Shown here: positions 52,205-64,000 of the stretch, in pieces
How positions within the stretch are numbered: position 1 is the first letter of the stretch
Layout of the letters: each line of letters opens with the position of its first letter
NCBI GenBank assembly: GCA_951406725.2
Contig: OX597819.1
Coordinates: 52,948,001-53,012,000, forward strand
DNA from: Octopus vulgaris
Lineage: Eukaryota
DNA: 64,000 bases
Reading direction: 5' to 3'
Position numbers and translations under genes: made by a program
The notes under the pieces: model-generated
Seen by the model: the letters and a program-made list of their open reading frames with translations, nothing else
What the model was told of the DNA's origin: nothing
Databases searched by the model: none

Positions 52205-52405
52205 CTTATGGCACAAGGCCAGAAATTTTGAGAGGGCAGGGGCAAGCAAATTACATTGAACCCATTATTTGAGTAGTACTTTATTTTATTGACCCTGAAA
52301 GGATGAAAGGCAAAGTTGGCCCAGAAAGGATTTGAACTCAGAATGCAAAGTGCTGGAAGAAATGCCACTTAGCATTTTGTCCAATGTGTTAACAATTCCA
52401 TCAAT
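52205..52405 (-). mobile_element. SINE family B
   Basis: ggcacaaggccagaaatttt...gaccctgaaaggatgaaaggcaaagttggc...gatttgaactcagaatg. Confidence 0.78.
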
Positions 52406-53629
52406 TTAATAAAATCTTAAATGATATACACTTATAAAATGGTGTATATTTGCTTAAGTGGTCAAAATAGCAATTGAGCTATGGTTACTCATATAGATAA
52501 GCAAATACTTTGCAAAGAAGGACAAAGTTTGCAAACAAACAAATCTATGTGCACACCTGAAGTAGATAATTAGAAAGAATCGTTCCTTCTAATGCCTTAG
52601 CTTGTGACAAAATGCTGCACTCTGGTAATGAGATATTTCTTGTAGAAAAATGTTCATTGACACTAGATTTTAAGATATTTCGTGATTAAAATATTATGAT
52701 TATTTTATTGATTTATATGCTTAACTGGCATGAAATGTTTCATTCTGATCACTTGAAAACTATTCTATAATAGCTACTATTCATATATGGTGTACAATCT
52801 TAGTATTCCAGCACTTTTTTTACTCCCTCAGGCATATACATTTTTTTGTTGTTGTTAACATTGACACCTGCTATTCAATTGATGCCAAGTAGTTCCAACT
52901 ATAAACTTTACATTTTTCTCTCAAGATGTTGAAAATACAGAGAAATAGTTTCAGTTTTAGTATAACTGATACAGATAAGTATTAGCATGTAGATGAGAAT
53001 AAAGACAATAAAGAAACTGATGTAAACAAATGGCGCCATTAACTTCATGCTGTAAAGATTTTTCAGTCTTCAGAATTGATGTCAGGATCCATTAAAATAT
53101 GGACAAAGATAAAGCAGCGAGAATTTTTTGGTATATTTTTTTCTGATAAATATAGCTATGTGGATAAAAAGCATAGCTGTGTGAATAAAAAGTACACTTC
53201 TCAACAACATGGTTTTGTGTTCAATCATATTGTGTGGCACTTGAGGAAATGTTTTCTACAACATAATGCTTTATATAATTTGATACATGGAAACTGTATG
53301 GAAGCCCATAATGTGCATATGTGTGTACATGTGCATTTGTTTCAATGTGCCTCCACACTGACACCACTGAGTCACAGTGATATTTATGTCCTACATACAT
53401 AATATGCCCCATAGCTCAGTAATTCAATATGCAAATCCCAGTGGAATGCCTCAACTAAAAAAACAAGGACTGGCTTTAAGAGAATCCTTCCTAAAATCCA
53501 TAGACTACAATCTCAAGAAGCATTGTCCAATGCATGCCAGTATCAACAAAAAAAAAATGCAAATGTAACTGACATGGCTAATAAATATACAAGAAGGTGA
53601 TGGAAAATACATGAAAAATTTTTTTTGAA

Positions 53630-53790
53630 CTTCACACACTCAAACATATTTCAAGGATATACTGCAAAATAATTTTAACAGTACTTATAATTCACACATG
53701 AAAATTTCTATAGATGAAGCTACCACTGGATATAAAGGTCATTTAGACTTCAAACAATACACTTCACTGAAACCACAGAAGAGCTATCAA
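53630..53790 (+). pseudogene. piggyBac transposase fragment (first catalytic Asp region)
   Basis: The frame from 53641 reads QTYFKDILQNNFNSTYNSHMKISIDEATTGYKGHLDFKQYTSLKPQK, matching the piggyBac/PGBD motif (L/I)SIDE-x-M-x-x-FKG(R/H)-x-x-FKQY-x-P-x-KP-x-K. It is not in the ORF track. Confidence 0.8.
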
Positions 53791-54006
53791 TGTCTGAACT
53801 CATACTGGTCCAAACAACAATACAAAAGACAACGAAAATATAAACAATAAGAATTATTATTAACAATAATATTTCAGAAATCATTGATCCCAAATTGAAA
53901 TGTAGCATATAAGAGATGTAGAATGAAGAATTTTGCTCCAGGCCATATAAACATTTTCTTTTAAGATTTTGTGAGAGTTAGATGGATGGTAACTTTTGAA
54001 ATTGGT

Positions 54007-56144
54007 GGTAGAATTGGAGGATAATCTTGAAATCCTCAGACAAAAGATCTTTCTGGTTGAAGTGCCCATAGCTAGAAGCACCATGAGAGCCAAGTGGGGA
54101 TGGGAAATTGGCTGATGGTTATCTCTGTTACCCAAACTCCACATTTCCATACATTTTCTGGTTTATGCAAATTAAAATGAATGTCAAGCAAATTAAAACT
54201 ATCACTATATATCTTTTCAAGTATTTTATGTCAAAATTTCAAAGATCAAACTATTATGAAGCTGATTATTCAGAGCAGTTCAGATTAATTATTGATCACT
54301 AGAAAGTAAATATTTCAATCAATTGATGTTAAATGATTTTTATTTATTTATTTACTCAACCTGGTTTGAATCGTAAAAATTTTATATATAGAAAGATGTG
54401 TTGTATGTACATGTTTGTTATGTATAATATAACTGTTTCCAAAGTAAATCTTAGCAGCAGAGTCACAACTGGCTTTTGTAAATTTCGAAGGGGAAGAAAG
54501 AATGGCAGCATGTGAAATAATGGAACAAATAAATAAATGAAAAGCTGAGATGTTTCAATAAATGGCAATTAAAAAAAATAAAGAATAAAATAAAAAAAGT
54601 TTATCATTAATCAATTCCAAAAACAAATAACCTTTTTTTCCTAAATATGACACAATAAAAATTTAATGCTTTCATTTAGAAATATAAATGAAGAAGAGCA
54701 GTACGACACCAAACAATATTATTAAAGCATCTTGAAGAAAATATAAAATTTGCTAACCACTTGAAATTTAGTTTCAGCACATATAAAACATGTGTGAAAG
54801 GTACCTTAAAGCACATATAGTAATGTGTGTGTGCGTGAGAGAGAGAGAGAGTGGAGACACAGACAGAATGAAACCCAGTTTCAACAAAGAACAGGTAACA
54901 AGAAACAAAGTCAATTACAGTTCTGAAAGAAGATGGCTGAGGTTTTTTTTTTTTTTTTTCTCTTTTCTAGAATTTCAGATCAAGACCTAGAAACAACAGA
55001 ATTAGTGGTTCCAATCTTGCAAGATACTGTTAGCCAGATAATATTGGTGGGGAGAGCACCTGTAAAAGTTGCTCAAAATATGTTAACTGGTATGAACCAA
55101 TTACTTACTGTAGCAAGTAATTAATTAATTCATGACAATTATGGTCGATATGACAATACCTGTAGCCAGGTGTACTTATTGATCACATGGCTAATTTTCA
55201 TTCATAACATATATACTGCTGAAAATTTTATGGCTGTATTTTAGGAAGTCACCACCCACAGATAGGTGTTTGTTTACACATGTATTAAAAAGTCTGCTTT
55301 GAGAACAAAGAGTAAAACAGTTAATACTGCTATTTCGACATGTGTGGTAGTAAGAGGAAGTCTAAGGATTTAAAGAATTAAGAATTATTGCATAGAAACA
55401 GACATAAAATCAATTTGACATTTGTAAAATAGACTCTATCTTTTTAGTAACACCTGTAGCTATCAACAGGGATGATAAATGAATGAAACACATAACTTGA
55501 CAACCCAAGAACAAGGCAAAAATATTATGTCAACTGACATGGCAGCTCAGTTCACTTATACAACATCAATAATGAACCAGAAAAGTTTGGTAGAAAAGCA
55601 TGTGTAGAAAGCACATACACACATACATATTCACAAACATGAATATGTTTATCTGTGCACATACACATCATGCATTATTTAATTCAACAAAGCAACATTA
55701 CATATAATACACATACATACACACTCTTTTCCACATATAAATTCTCTACAATTTAAATCAAGTTAAAAATTTTTTTTTTGAATTAAACAAAAACAAGAAA
55801 ATGCTATCCAATGCCACTTTACTGAAATATTTACTTTCTAGTGATCAATAATTAATCTGAACAGCTTTGAATAATCAGCTTCATAGTAGTTTGATCTTTG
55901 AAAGTTTGACATAAAATACTTGAAATATTTACAGAGTTAGTTCCAATTTAGTTGACATTCATTTTAGTTTGCATAAACCTGACAAAGTATGGAAATGTAG
56001 AGCTAGAGTGATAGAATTAACCATCAGCCAATTTAACATTATCACTTGGCTCTTGAGGTGCTTTTGGCAGAGACTGCTTTGTTAAGAGCACAAAACAACC
56101 AGATCTTTTGGTTGAGGATATTAAGATTGTTCTCCAACTCTGCC
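54007..56144. repeat. Long inverted repeat: arms 54007-54317 and 55823-56144, ~1.5 kb spacer
   Basis: 54215-54317 vs the reverse complement of 55823-55925 has 4 mismatches in 103 bp. The outer parts still align (ggtttatgcaaa, attggctgatggtt, gagccaagtg, caaaagatct) at lower identity. Confidence 0.92.
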
Positions 56145-56236
56145 TACAAGTGTCATGATCAGCCAGTATGAATGGGTCACTACATTTTTCTGCCATGCTA
56201 GCATGGACTGGATAGCTTGACAGGATATATAGGTAT

Positions 56237-56385
56237 AAGTTTGCTTCCCAACCACATGATTTGGGGTTCAGTCCCACTACATGGCAACTACCTTCTACTA
56301 TAGCCTCAAGCTGATCAAAACCTTGTACGAGGATTTGGTAGATGGAAACTGAAAGAAACCTATCGTATATGTGTTTATGTGTATT
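56237..56385 (+). mobile_element. SINE family A 5' half
   Basis: aagtttgcttcccaaccacatg...gggttcagtcccact...gatttggtagatggaaactgaaagaa. Confidence 0.8.
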
Positions 56386-56702
56386 TGCTTGACTTGTCAG
56401 TATGTGATAGTTGTGAGTGTCACTGTCATGCAAGCAGTGTTCTTGATTTCCAATATTCTGCTAATGCAAGTATGACAACGGGGAAATATTACCTTGCTCA
56501 GAAACAGATAAAGGTGGAGACAGGACGGGTATCTGGCCATAGAAAATCAGCCTCATTTAACTCCAGTTAACAAATACAAGCATGGCAAAGTGAAAGCTAA
56601 AGAGATGATGGCAATCTGCCAGGTCCAAGAATTGAATTGCTCGTCAATGTCTGATTTGGCGTAGTTTCTACAGCTGGATGCCCTTCATAAAACACACACA
56701 CA

Positions 56703-56848
56703 ATTTCTGTCTACCATTTCTATTCACAAGGCACTGATTAGCTCAAGGCTACAGTAGAAGACACTTGACCAAATAGCTACACAGTGAGATAGAATTTGAA
56801 ACCATGTGGTTACAAAACAAACTTCATATCTACATAGCCGTACCTGCA
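56703..56848 (-). mobile_element. SINE family A 5' half, degenerate
   Basis: tttctgtctacc...tcacaaggc...gtagaagacacttgacc...accatgtggtt...atagccgtacctgcac. Confidence 0.7.
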
Positions 56849-56869
56849 CATAAATTAATAGTTAGGGAA

Positions 56870-56970
56870 ATTAGGAGCCTGGTGCAGCCACCTGGTTCGC
56901 CAGCTCTAAGTCAAAATCATCCAACCCATGCTAGCATGGAAAGCGGATGTTAAACAATGATGATGATGAT
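56870..56970 (+). mobile_element. RTE-LINE 3' tail
   Basis: ggagcctggtgcagcc...tccaacccatgctagcatggaaagcggatgttaaacaatgatgatgatgat. Confidence 0.82.
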
Positions 56971-57015
56971 TACAATAACTGACTTCAGAACTTTAAACAA
57001 TACTATATTATACAT

Positions 57016-57233
57016 TTAACTTTTTAGCATTCAGACTCCTCTGTTATTTATTCATATTGTTTTGAATTAATCATGCGTTATCCTACAGTTTTGAGATTTC
57101 AATGATGTGATTCCCTTATTTTTAGAATGATGTTGTACAGTGGGTGTGAGATACTAGATCTAACCAGTATTAACATAAAACAGGTAGAATATTTGAGCCA
57201 GAATATATGGCCAGTTTAAATGCTAAATGGTAA
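57016..57233. mobile_element. TTAA-type MITE, second family
   Basis: TTAActttttAGCATT ... AATGCTAAAtggtaa inverted termini. Confidence 0.55.
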
Positions 57234-58148
57234 AAATAGTAGAAAATAGTACCCTAAGATTTAATGTAATTAATGTCAATTAAATCTTGAAGTGTAATTG
57301 TCACACACAGTTTTCTACTATGAAGCAGCATGCTCTGTTGTTCATCTCAATAGAATGATAAAAGGACTAGTTGATATGTTGACCAATCAAATTTGAGAAA
57401 TGACTGGACTTGATCTCATTATATGTCTGATATTAGAGGTTAAATTTACCTAGTGGCTCTAAACACCTAAAGCATCGTCTTCATCTTCTGCTTTCCATTT
57501 CTTTTTTCCTTCTTCTTTTAGTGAATGATCCTTCTGCTTTGAACATCATACAGTTCTTGTTAGCTTTCCCTCACCAGTTCACGTCTTTCAACTGAACAGA
57601 TGTTAGCAGCCACAGAACCACTATCACATACTTACACACATCCTCTGACGCAAACATCCACACAGACAAGGAAACATGCATGCAAATACACATGCACAAT
57701 CAATCAAACACACACACACACACACATATGCACATACACACAGAAAATGTTAGAGCACAAATCAATGAAGTAAATTCTAAGACAACAAGGCTTTTAATAA
57801 TCCTTGTAATAAACACTTAAGTAATTCCATCAAGCCTTGGACTCTTCTTACAGTTCAATGCCAAGTGGTTAGATCAAAGGACAAGCAATCAAACTCGATG
57901 ACCATATGAGACATAAAAGCAACTGAAAAACGGGCAACTCTTGCTTCGCAGAGAGGTAGTATAGCACAGCCAATATACCAAGTAAGACTAGGAAGCGTTG
58001 TTTAGAAAGAAGGAAGAAAGAGAAAGTAACAAGTTTTTACCGCGAAGTTCTACTAAAAAAAAAAAACACAGACATTCAGTCAAAATACAAAAAAAAACCC
58101 TAAGTTTTTTTTTCCTTTCTTTTAATTTTTTTTTTTTTTTTCCTCCAG

Positions 58149-58193
58149 CCAATATTATTGAATCTGAAGTCTTGAACTGGGTGGATAGATTTG
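58149..58193 (+). CDS. Candidate 45-nt frame-preserving internal microexon (x-NIIESEVLNWVDRF-x)
   Basis: About 43 nt of AG-free T-rich tract ending cctccAG, donor TTG|GTAAGT, length divisible by 3, and only the phase-1 frame is stop-free. No transcript evidence is available. Confidence 0.3.
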
Positions 58194-59240
58194 GTAAGTA
58201 GAGTGGTAGGTATTCTGCTTGATATTGGTGTTGGTGGATTGAGCAAGAAGGGAGTAATAAAGCTGACAGTTACCAGGCAACAGAATTCTGTCAGCACCTG
58301 AAAATAACATTTTACACTCCCTACTGAAAACTGTCATCAATCATTGACCAGCAGACAGGTTTTTACATGGTAATCAGAAATCTGCAAGCTGTGGCAGTTT
58401 GGAATAAGATTCCAAAGCAGCTAGGGAAAACTCCATTTCTTCTTCTCCTCTCATATAACTACTTTTTTTTTTCTTTCATTTATTTATTTATTTTTTATTA
58501 TTTCCTCCTTTGCTATTTCTAGTTTCTTATGTGTATGTATGTGCATGTGTGTGGTTGTTTTGTAGGTGTATTATTTTCTTTCTTTTTTTATTTACATTCA
58601 TTTTATATATATATATATATATATATTTATTTATTTCTTTTTGCTTGGTTCTTCTATTTTATTCCTTTTATTTTACGTATTTATTTATTGTTTTGTCTCA
58701 CTATTCCTATTACATTTACTCTTTAGATTAGAGTATAAGGCAAAGGAAAACAACAAAAAAACAACGAAAAAGAAAAAAAATTACAAAGAAGGGAGAGAGA
58801 CAGAGAGAGAGGAAGGAAGGAAAAAACTAAAAAGGAGAAAAAAAGAGAAGGAAATAATAAGGAAGAAAAAAGATAGGAAAAAAGTGATGGGGGTGGTGAG
58901 GAACCCCTCCAAAAAAAAAAAATAACCAGAATAATAAACAAAAATACATATAAATCATGAAGAAGAAGGAAAAAAATTTAAGCAATGGAAAAGAAAAAGT
59001 GAGAAAGGCAAAAGCAAAAATGAGACATAAAAGCTCACTAATGCTGGAATATAGGTATGTATCTGTCACTATGTCAAGCAGAACTGAGATAGCAACGTCT
59101 AAAAGCATTTCATAAAATCAATAAGACCCCAGCTTTTTCCTCCCCAGTCCTCTTTCTCCTCCTCCACCTCCGCCTACTCTTTCCTCTTCGTCTTTCCAGA
59201 GATCTGAGATATGCTTCCATCATGTCTTCCTGTCAGTGGG

Positions 59241-59271
<31 letters not shown>

Positions 59272-59610
59272 AACACACATATACATATCTATATCTTTCT
59301 ATATAAATATATATATATATATATATTACACTGGCATACACACAAACACACCAACATACACACTTACACAGAGACGTTTCTACACTTAGAGCGTATGCAT
59401 AGTTGCACACTCACTTGCATACTTCATATATAATTTCTTTCTCTTCAACCAATAGCTTATCTTCTCAGTATTTTCTTGCTAATTCAGAACATACTTTGGA
59501 TGCGAATGACAATTGCAAAGGAATAACTAAATAAAAACTTACATGTATACACATACATATGTATGTATGAATATCTGTAGGTATGTGTGTGTGTATACAT
59601 GCATATATGA

Positions 59611-59647
<37 letters not shown>

Positions 59648-59843
59648 TATATATGTATGTATACACACACACATTGTATGAATATATATATATATATATA
59701 TATATTATTTTTTTAAAATGATATATTTATATGATTATTATTATATGCATATGTGTATGACAATAAATATATATTTATAAACATAAAAATTAACTATATA
59801 TGTGTATGTATGTGTGCATATATATGTATATAAATATACATGC

Positions 59844-59894
<51 letters not shown>

Positions 59895-60718
59895 TTACAT
59901 GTATATAGTTATGATTGCATTGATTTTATTATATACAAGTACATTTTTGTACATGTTACACACACATACAGTTATTTATGACTATTGATTTTGTGTGTAT
60001 GTGTGTGTAAAATTGTATACACATACACATATATTTCTGATTGTATGTAAATATGTATTAAAATTTGCTTTATATTTATATATATGTATATATATATATA
60101 TATATAGACACACACACATGTATGACTAGTTGTGATCATATGTATATAGATATATATGAATAGTAAAATATGTAAGCAGACTGCTTGTCTATTTAACTTA
60201 TTGCAACTTGTTCCAATATGTGTTCTTGCTTCTAAGAGTTTTTCAAATAGAACTACAATACACCCCACTTCGCTTGCTTGCTCTCTCTCTCTCTCTAACA
60301 TAGCATCTTTTCATAAATGTACAGTTACATCTGTACATAATGACAATTTTGAATATTCAAATAGAACACAGTGGATTATTCATGAGTTTAAATTTCATGA
60401 CAGTACCAATATATACAGTACCAGAAATGTCTAACAGACAATAAATACTATACAATAACACAACAACTGGACTTCAATATTCCGGAACCAGGTGGAACCA
60501 TTACAAAAAATGCATGAGGCTGAATAGTATAGTACTCTGAACTGAGTGACAGATACACACACACACACACACAAAATTAGACAGCATATCATTATAATCG
60601 GTGTTATGCCTGTTTTTCCATATTGGAATTGGTTAGATGAGACTGTTTTTGAGGCCTACTTTGATGACAAACTTCTTAGTCACCTCTTATGACAAAGATA
60701 ATGATGATGACATATTGT

Positions 60719-61045
60719 CATCATCATCATCATTTAACATCCATTTTCCATGCTGGCATGGGTAGGACAGTTTGACAGGAGCTGGCAAGCCAGAGGGTTG
60801 CACCATTCACCAGTCATCAATTTTGGTATGGTTTCTAAGGCTGGATTCCCTTCCTAATGCCAACGACTTTATAGAGTGTACTGATTGCCTTTGTGTAGCA
60901 TTAACAACAGTGCTCTCTACATGGTGCTGGCATGTGTGCTATTTAACATGGCAGCATATATATCCTCATCATCGTTTAACATCCATTTCCCATGTCAGCA
61001 TGGGTTGGACTGAGGGCTGGCAAGCCAGAAGGCTATACCAGGCTC
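60719..61045 (-). mobile_element. Two tandem RTE-LINE 3' fragments
   Basis: catcatcatttaacatccattttccatgctggcatggg at ~60725 and catcatcgtttaacatccatttcccatgtcagcatggg at ~60967. Both are followed by gctggcaagccaga. Confidence 0.75.
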
Positions 61046-61489
61046 CAGTCTAATCTGGCAAGGTTATATATATATGATTGCCATATCATATTTCACAACA
61101 TCTGCTATCTTCTACACTGAGCACACACATCCTCCACCTAAATTATAATTAGAATAAGATCATCAAATACTGAACCCTTCAGTTTGCTTCAAAAATCCAC
61201 AGGGGTAACACCTTGAATAAAGCTGCATGGATACATATACCCATGATGAACTTATAATGCAACTGATGCAACTGGATGCCACACCTTAGGTTATCTATGC
61301 AATAGAAACATGTGTCAGACAGAGATCTAAAGTGTATGTAATACTGTATGTAATAAACAAGCTTTTGAGGATAATTCTCCATTCTTATTTTTAAGGTCTT
61401 GGATATATATACACATATCTATCTATCTATCTATCTATCTATCTACATCTGTGTGTGCATGTGTGTGCGTGCGTGCGCACGCACGCACG

Positions 61490-61648
61490 CTTGTCTCTCC
61501 AGCATTACTTGACAATCAACTTGATGGTTGAGCAAAAGAGAGCAATAGTAAGAGTACCAGATTTAAAGAATAGATACTGGGGTCAATTTGTTCAACTGGT
61601 CCTTTCAAGATGGTACCCCAGCATAGCCGGACTGAAACAAGTAAAAAT
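61490..61648 (+). mobile_element. SINE family A 3' fragment
   Basis: ttacttgacaatc...ctggggtcaatttgttcaact...ccccagcatagcc...gactgaaacaagtaaaa. Confidence 0.65.
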
Positions 61649-63280
61649 ATTTTAAAATCTCTCTCTCACTGGACAATCAAAACACTTAATTATTGAAACT
61701 CACAGCAATAACAGAAGAAAGCTTCAAGTCTCAGTTAATGAAATAAACTTCAACAGCATGTACTGAGTAACCTTTCCCTCTTTCACTTGCACACACACAC
61801 ACATATTCTACCTGAATGGAAATCATCAAGCTGTCTCTCTATCACTGACAGAGACATCAATGGGTTATGAGCACTGACCTTTCTATTCAATTTAATTCAC
61901 ATAAAACCAGATTTAAATGTGAAGCTCAAAAGTGACAATGCGATCAGGAATTCAGATTTCGTTATGAAAAGAAAAAATTAAGAAATAAAAATTAGGCACA
62001 TACTTGAGTCCCTCCTTCTTGCAGCTTGCCTAGATGTCAAAGTTACTGAGCAGCTGAGCGGATAGAAGTGAGTAAAGCATTTGGTCAAACAAATATTCAA
62101 CTCCTCCCACTAAATCACTCTTCTAATGATTAGCATTGAGCTGTGTGCACATGTGTGTGTACATGCACTACACATCCATACGTACATACACACACACATT
62201 CATCATCACTTCCAAAAATACTAATAACATACCACATGAATATGCTTTAGGTTATAGAGAAAAGAAAGGTCATAACATCCACAAAGGAGCAGGAGTAAAT
62301 GTGTGTATGCACATATGTGCATGCATGTGCACAAACGCACACATACACACGGAGAAGTAACAGAGAACAATTTATTACAGTGAAGTGAAAGTGACATAAC
62401 TGAACCTGGAGGCACACAGGAGTTGATAACCAATGATAAGTGTTTAAATAGCTGGACAGACTGAAGAATATTCAATAAAGACTGACCTTTGACCAAGACT
62501 GTAAGTAACTTTGTGTTACGATGTAAAAACTACATGCTAAACTATTAACAGTGTCTGAGTTCATAAGCAATTGCTCTCGTTGAATCTTTCAAATCCCATT
62601 CTTAATAATACAACTGTAGATACATCATCTTCGTTCTTGAGCAAACATGCAAATCAAGTTAAACATCACCCAATCAGTGCAGATCAACCAGCTTTAGCTG
62701 CTTTCAGGATCCAACTTGCAAGGCAACCAGATAATGACATCCCTACTACACATAATGGTTTGACAATGTTGCTGAATGTATCATGAATTATACAAAGGCT
62801 TCATGTCATCATTGCATTTAATAACATTACCTGATGTGTTAGTGCACCGATGTAATAATGTATGAATAGTTACAGCAGTGATGTAATCAAACGTAATGAA
62901 ATTGCTATCTAGTGGCTGGCATTAGGTTTCTCCAGCACAGTCCAACAATAGACATTTAACGTCTAGCTTAAACTGAATAAAAATAATGAACAACAGACAT
63001 ATGGAGCAAGAAATTAAATAACTATTATACAACAGTATTCAATAAGAAACAGACAACATGCTGTCTGAAGAAAGAAAGAGAAGGAAATACTGATAACAGC
63101 AGCAAATTCACCCTTTATATAGTTTCCAGCATTCCTCATCAATAACAAAGTGACTTCTAGATAGAAACCCAATTATTGCATTTTTAGTGCTGGTTATAAA
63201 GTTATAAATTAAACGTTATTAACTACAATTAAAATTTAATATACTAAATAGCTATGTGTAAATGTATGTAATTGAGTGTG

Positions 63281-63319
<39 letters not shown>

Positions 63320-64000
63320 CATTTGCACAAATAAGTTGGGTAGTTTTGGTTAATGAGAAGTAAAAACAAAACTTCCGCTCTTGATAATTAGATGTAGGTT
63401 CATGTCCTATGAGCAGCCTTTGTCTTTTTCTATCCCAAAAGGTTTTGCAACTAAATAATTATGTGCTTAATAGCTTTATGCTTTACGATATTCCAAAAAA
63501 GAATAAGCTCAGACACTCACACACACATATATACATATATATCGTCGTGTATATTCAGAGGAGATTAGTCATTTACTCTGTTGCAATGCAGAAATAGCAA
63601 TGAAGTGGAACTTCAGCTACTTCCAAACAAACTCTATTACATGTATTGAATACTCTTTTTCTATTTTGTACAGCAAAAAAAAAAAAAAAAAAAGTGGAAT
63701 GAGAGGGGCACAGATATGCCATTTGAAAGACCAGAGGGAGTTGTACCTTATTTGGAAACAAGTGGGAGTTAATGACAAGAAGGTCAACCAGCTAGGAAAA
63801 AAAAACTACCTCAATAAGTCTCACCTCATCCAAGCCAGCAAGGAAAGAAACCAAAGATGAAAATGATGCAATACATACATAAATGTGAGTGTATGTATAT
63901 CTATGTAAGTATATATACATGTGTATACACACACACACACAACAGAGGATATTAAACGAACACACAGGAAAATGTATATAATAAAAAATTTTTAAAAGCC

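Noticed and set aside
57565-57592. Minus-strand TGAAAGACGTGAACTGGTGAG resembling miR-71
   Set aside because: There is no complementary 3' arm to form a precursor hairpin.
62060-62112. ATTCAACTCCTCC resembling part of miR-1175-3p
   Set aside because: The seed differs and the fold-back has too many mismatches.

Overview
This is AT-rich, microsatellite-dense eukaryotic genomic DNA, almost certainly from an octopus (coleoid cephalopod). The assignment rests on many copies of three tRNA-derived SINE families of the octopus OK/OR1/OR2 type and on RTE-LINE 3' tails ending in CCATGCTAGCATGG...(GAT)n. I recognise no intact host protein-coding gene. Nearly all ORFs in the supplied track are translated simple repeats, so the window is probably a very large intron or an intergenic/regulatory region. 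Recognisable coding relics are all from transposons: two mariner fragments (42.5-43.3 kb, and 28.1-28.6 kb, which is folded into a ~160-bp-arm palindrome), a piggyBac transposase fragment at 53.6-53.8 kb that the ORF track misses, and RTE ORF C-termini. Other mobile elements include TTAA/piggyBac-type MITEs, a hAT MITE, Helentron-associated elements and Penelope-like remnants with degenerate minimal hammerhead-ribozyme cores. The most notable structure is a ~310-bp inverted repeat (54007-54317 / 55823-56144). Its inner 103 bp are ~96% identical, and it loops out 1.5 kb containing a candidate exon. A frame-preserving 45-nt microexon candidate follows at 58149-58193. All coordinates were counted by eye and may be a few bases off. 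Family names come from motif recognition, not database searches.
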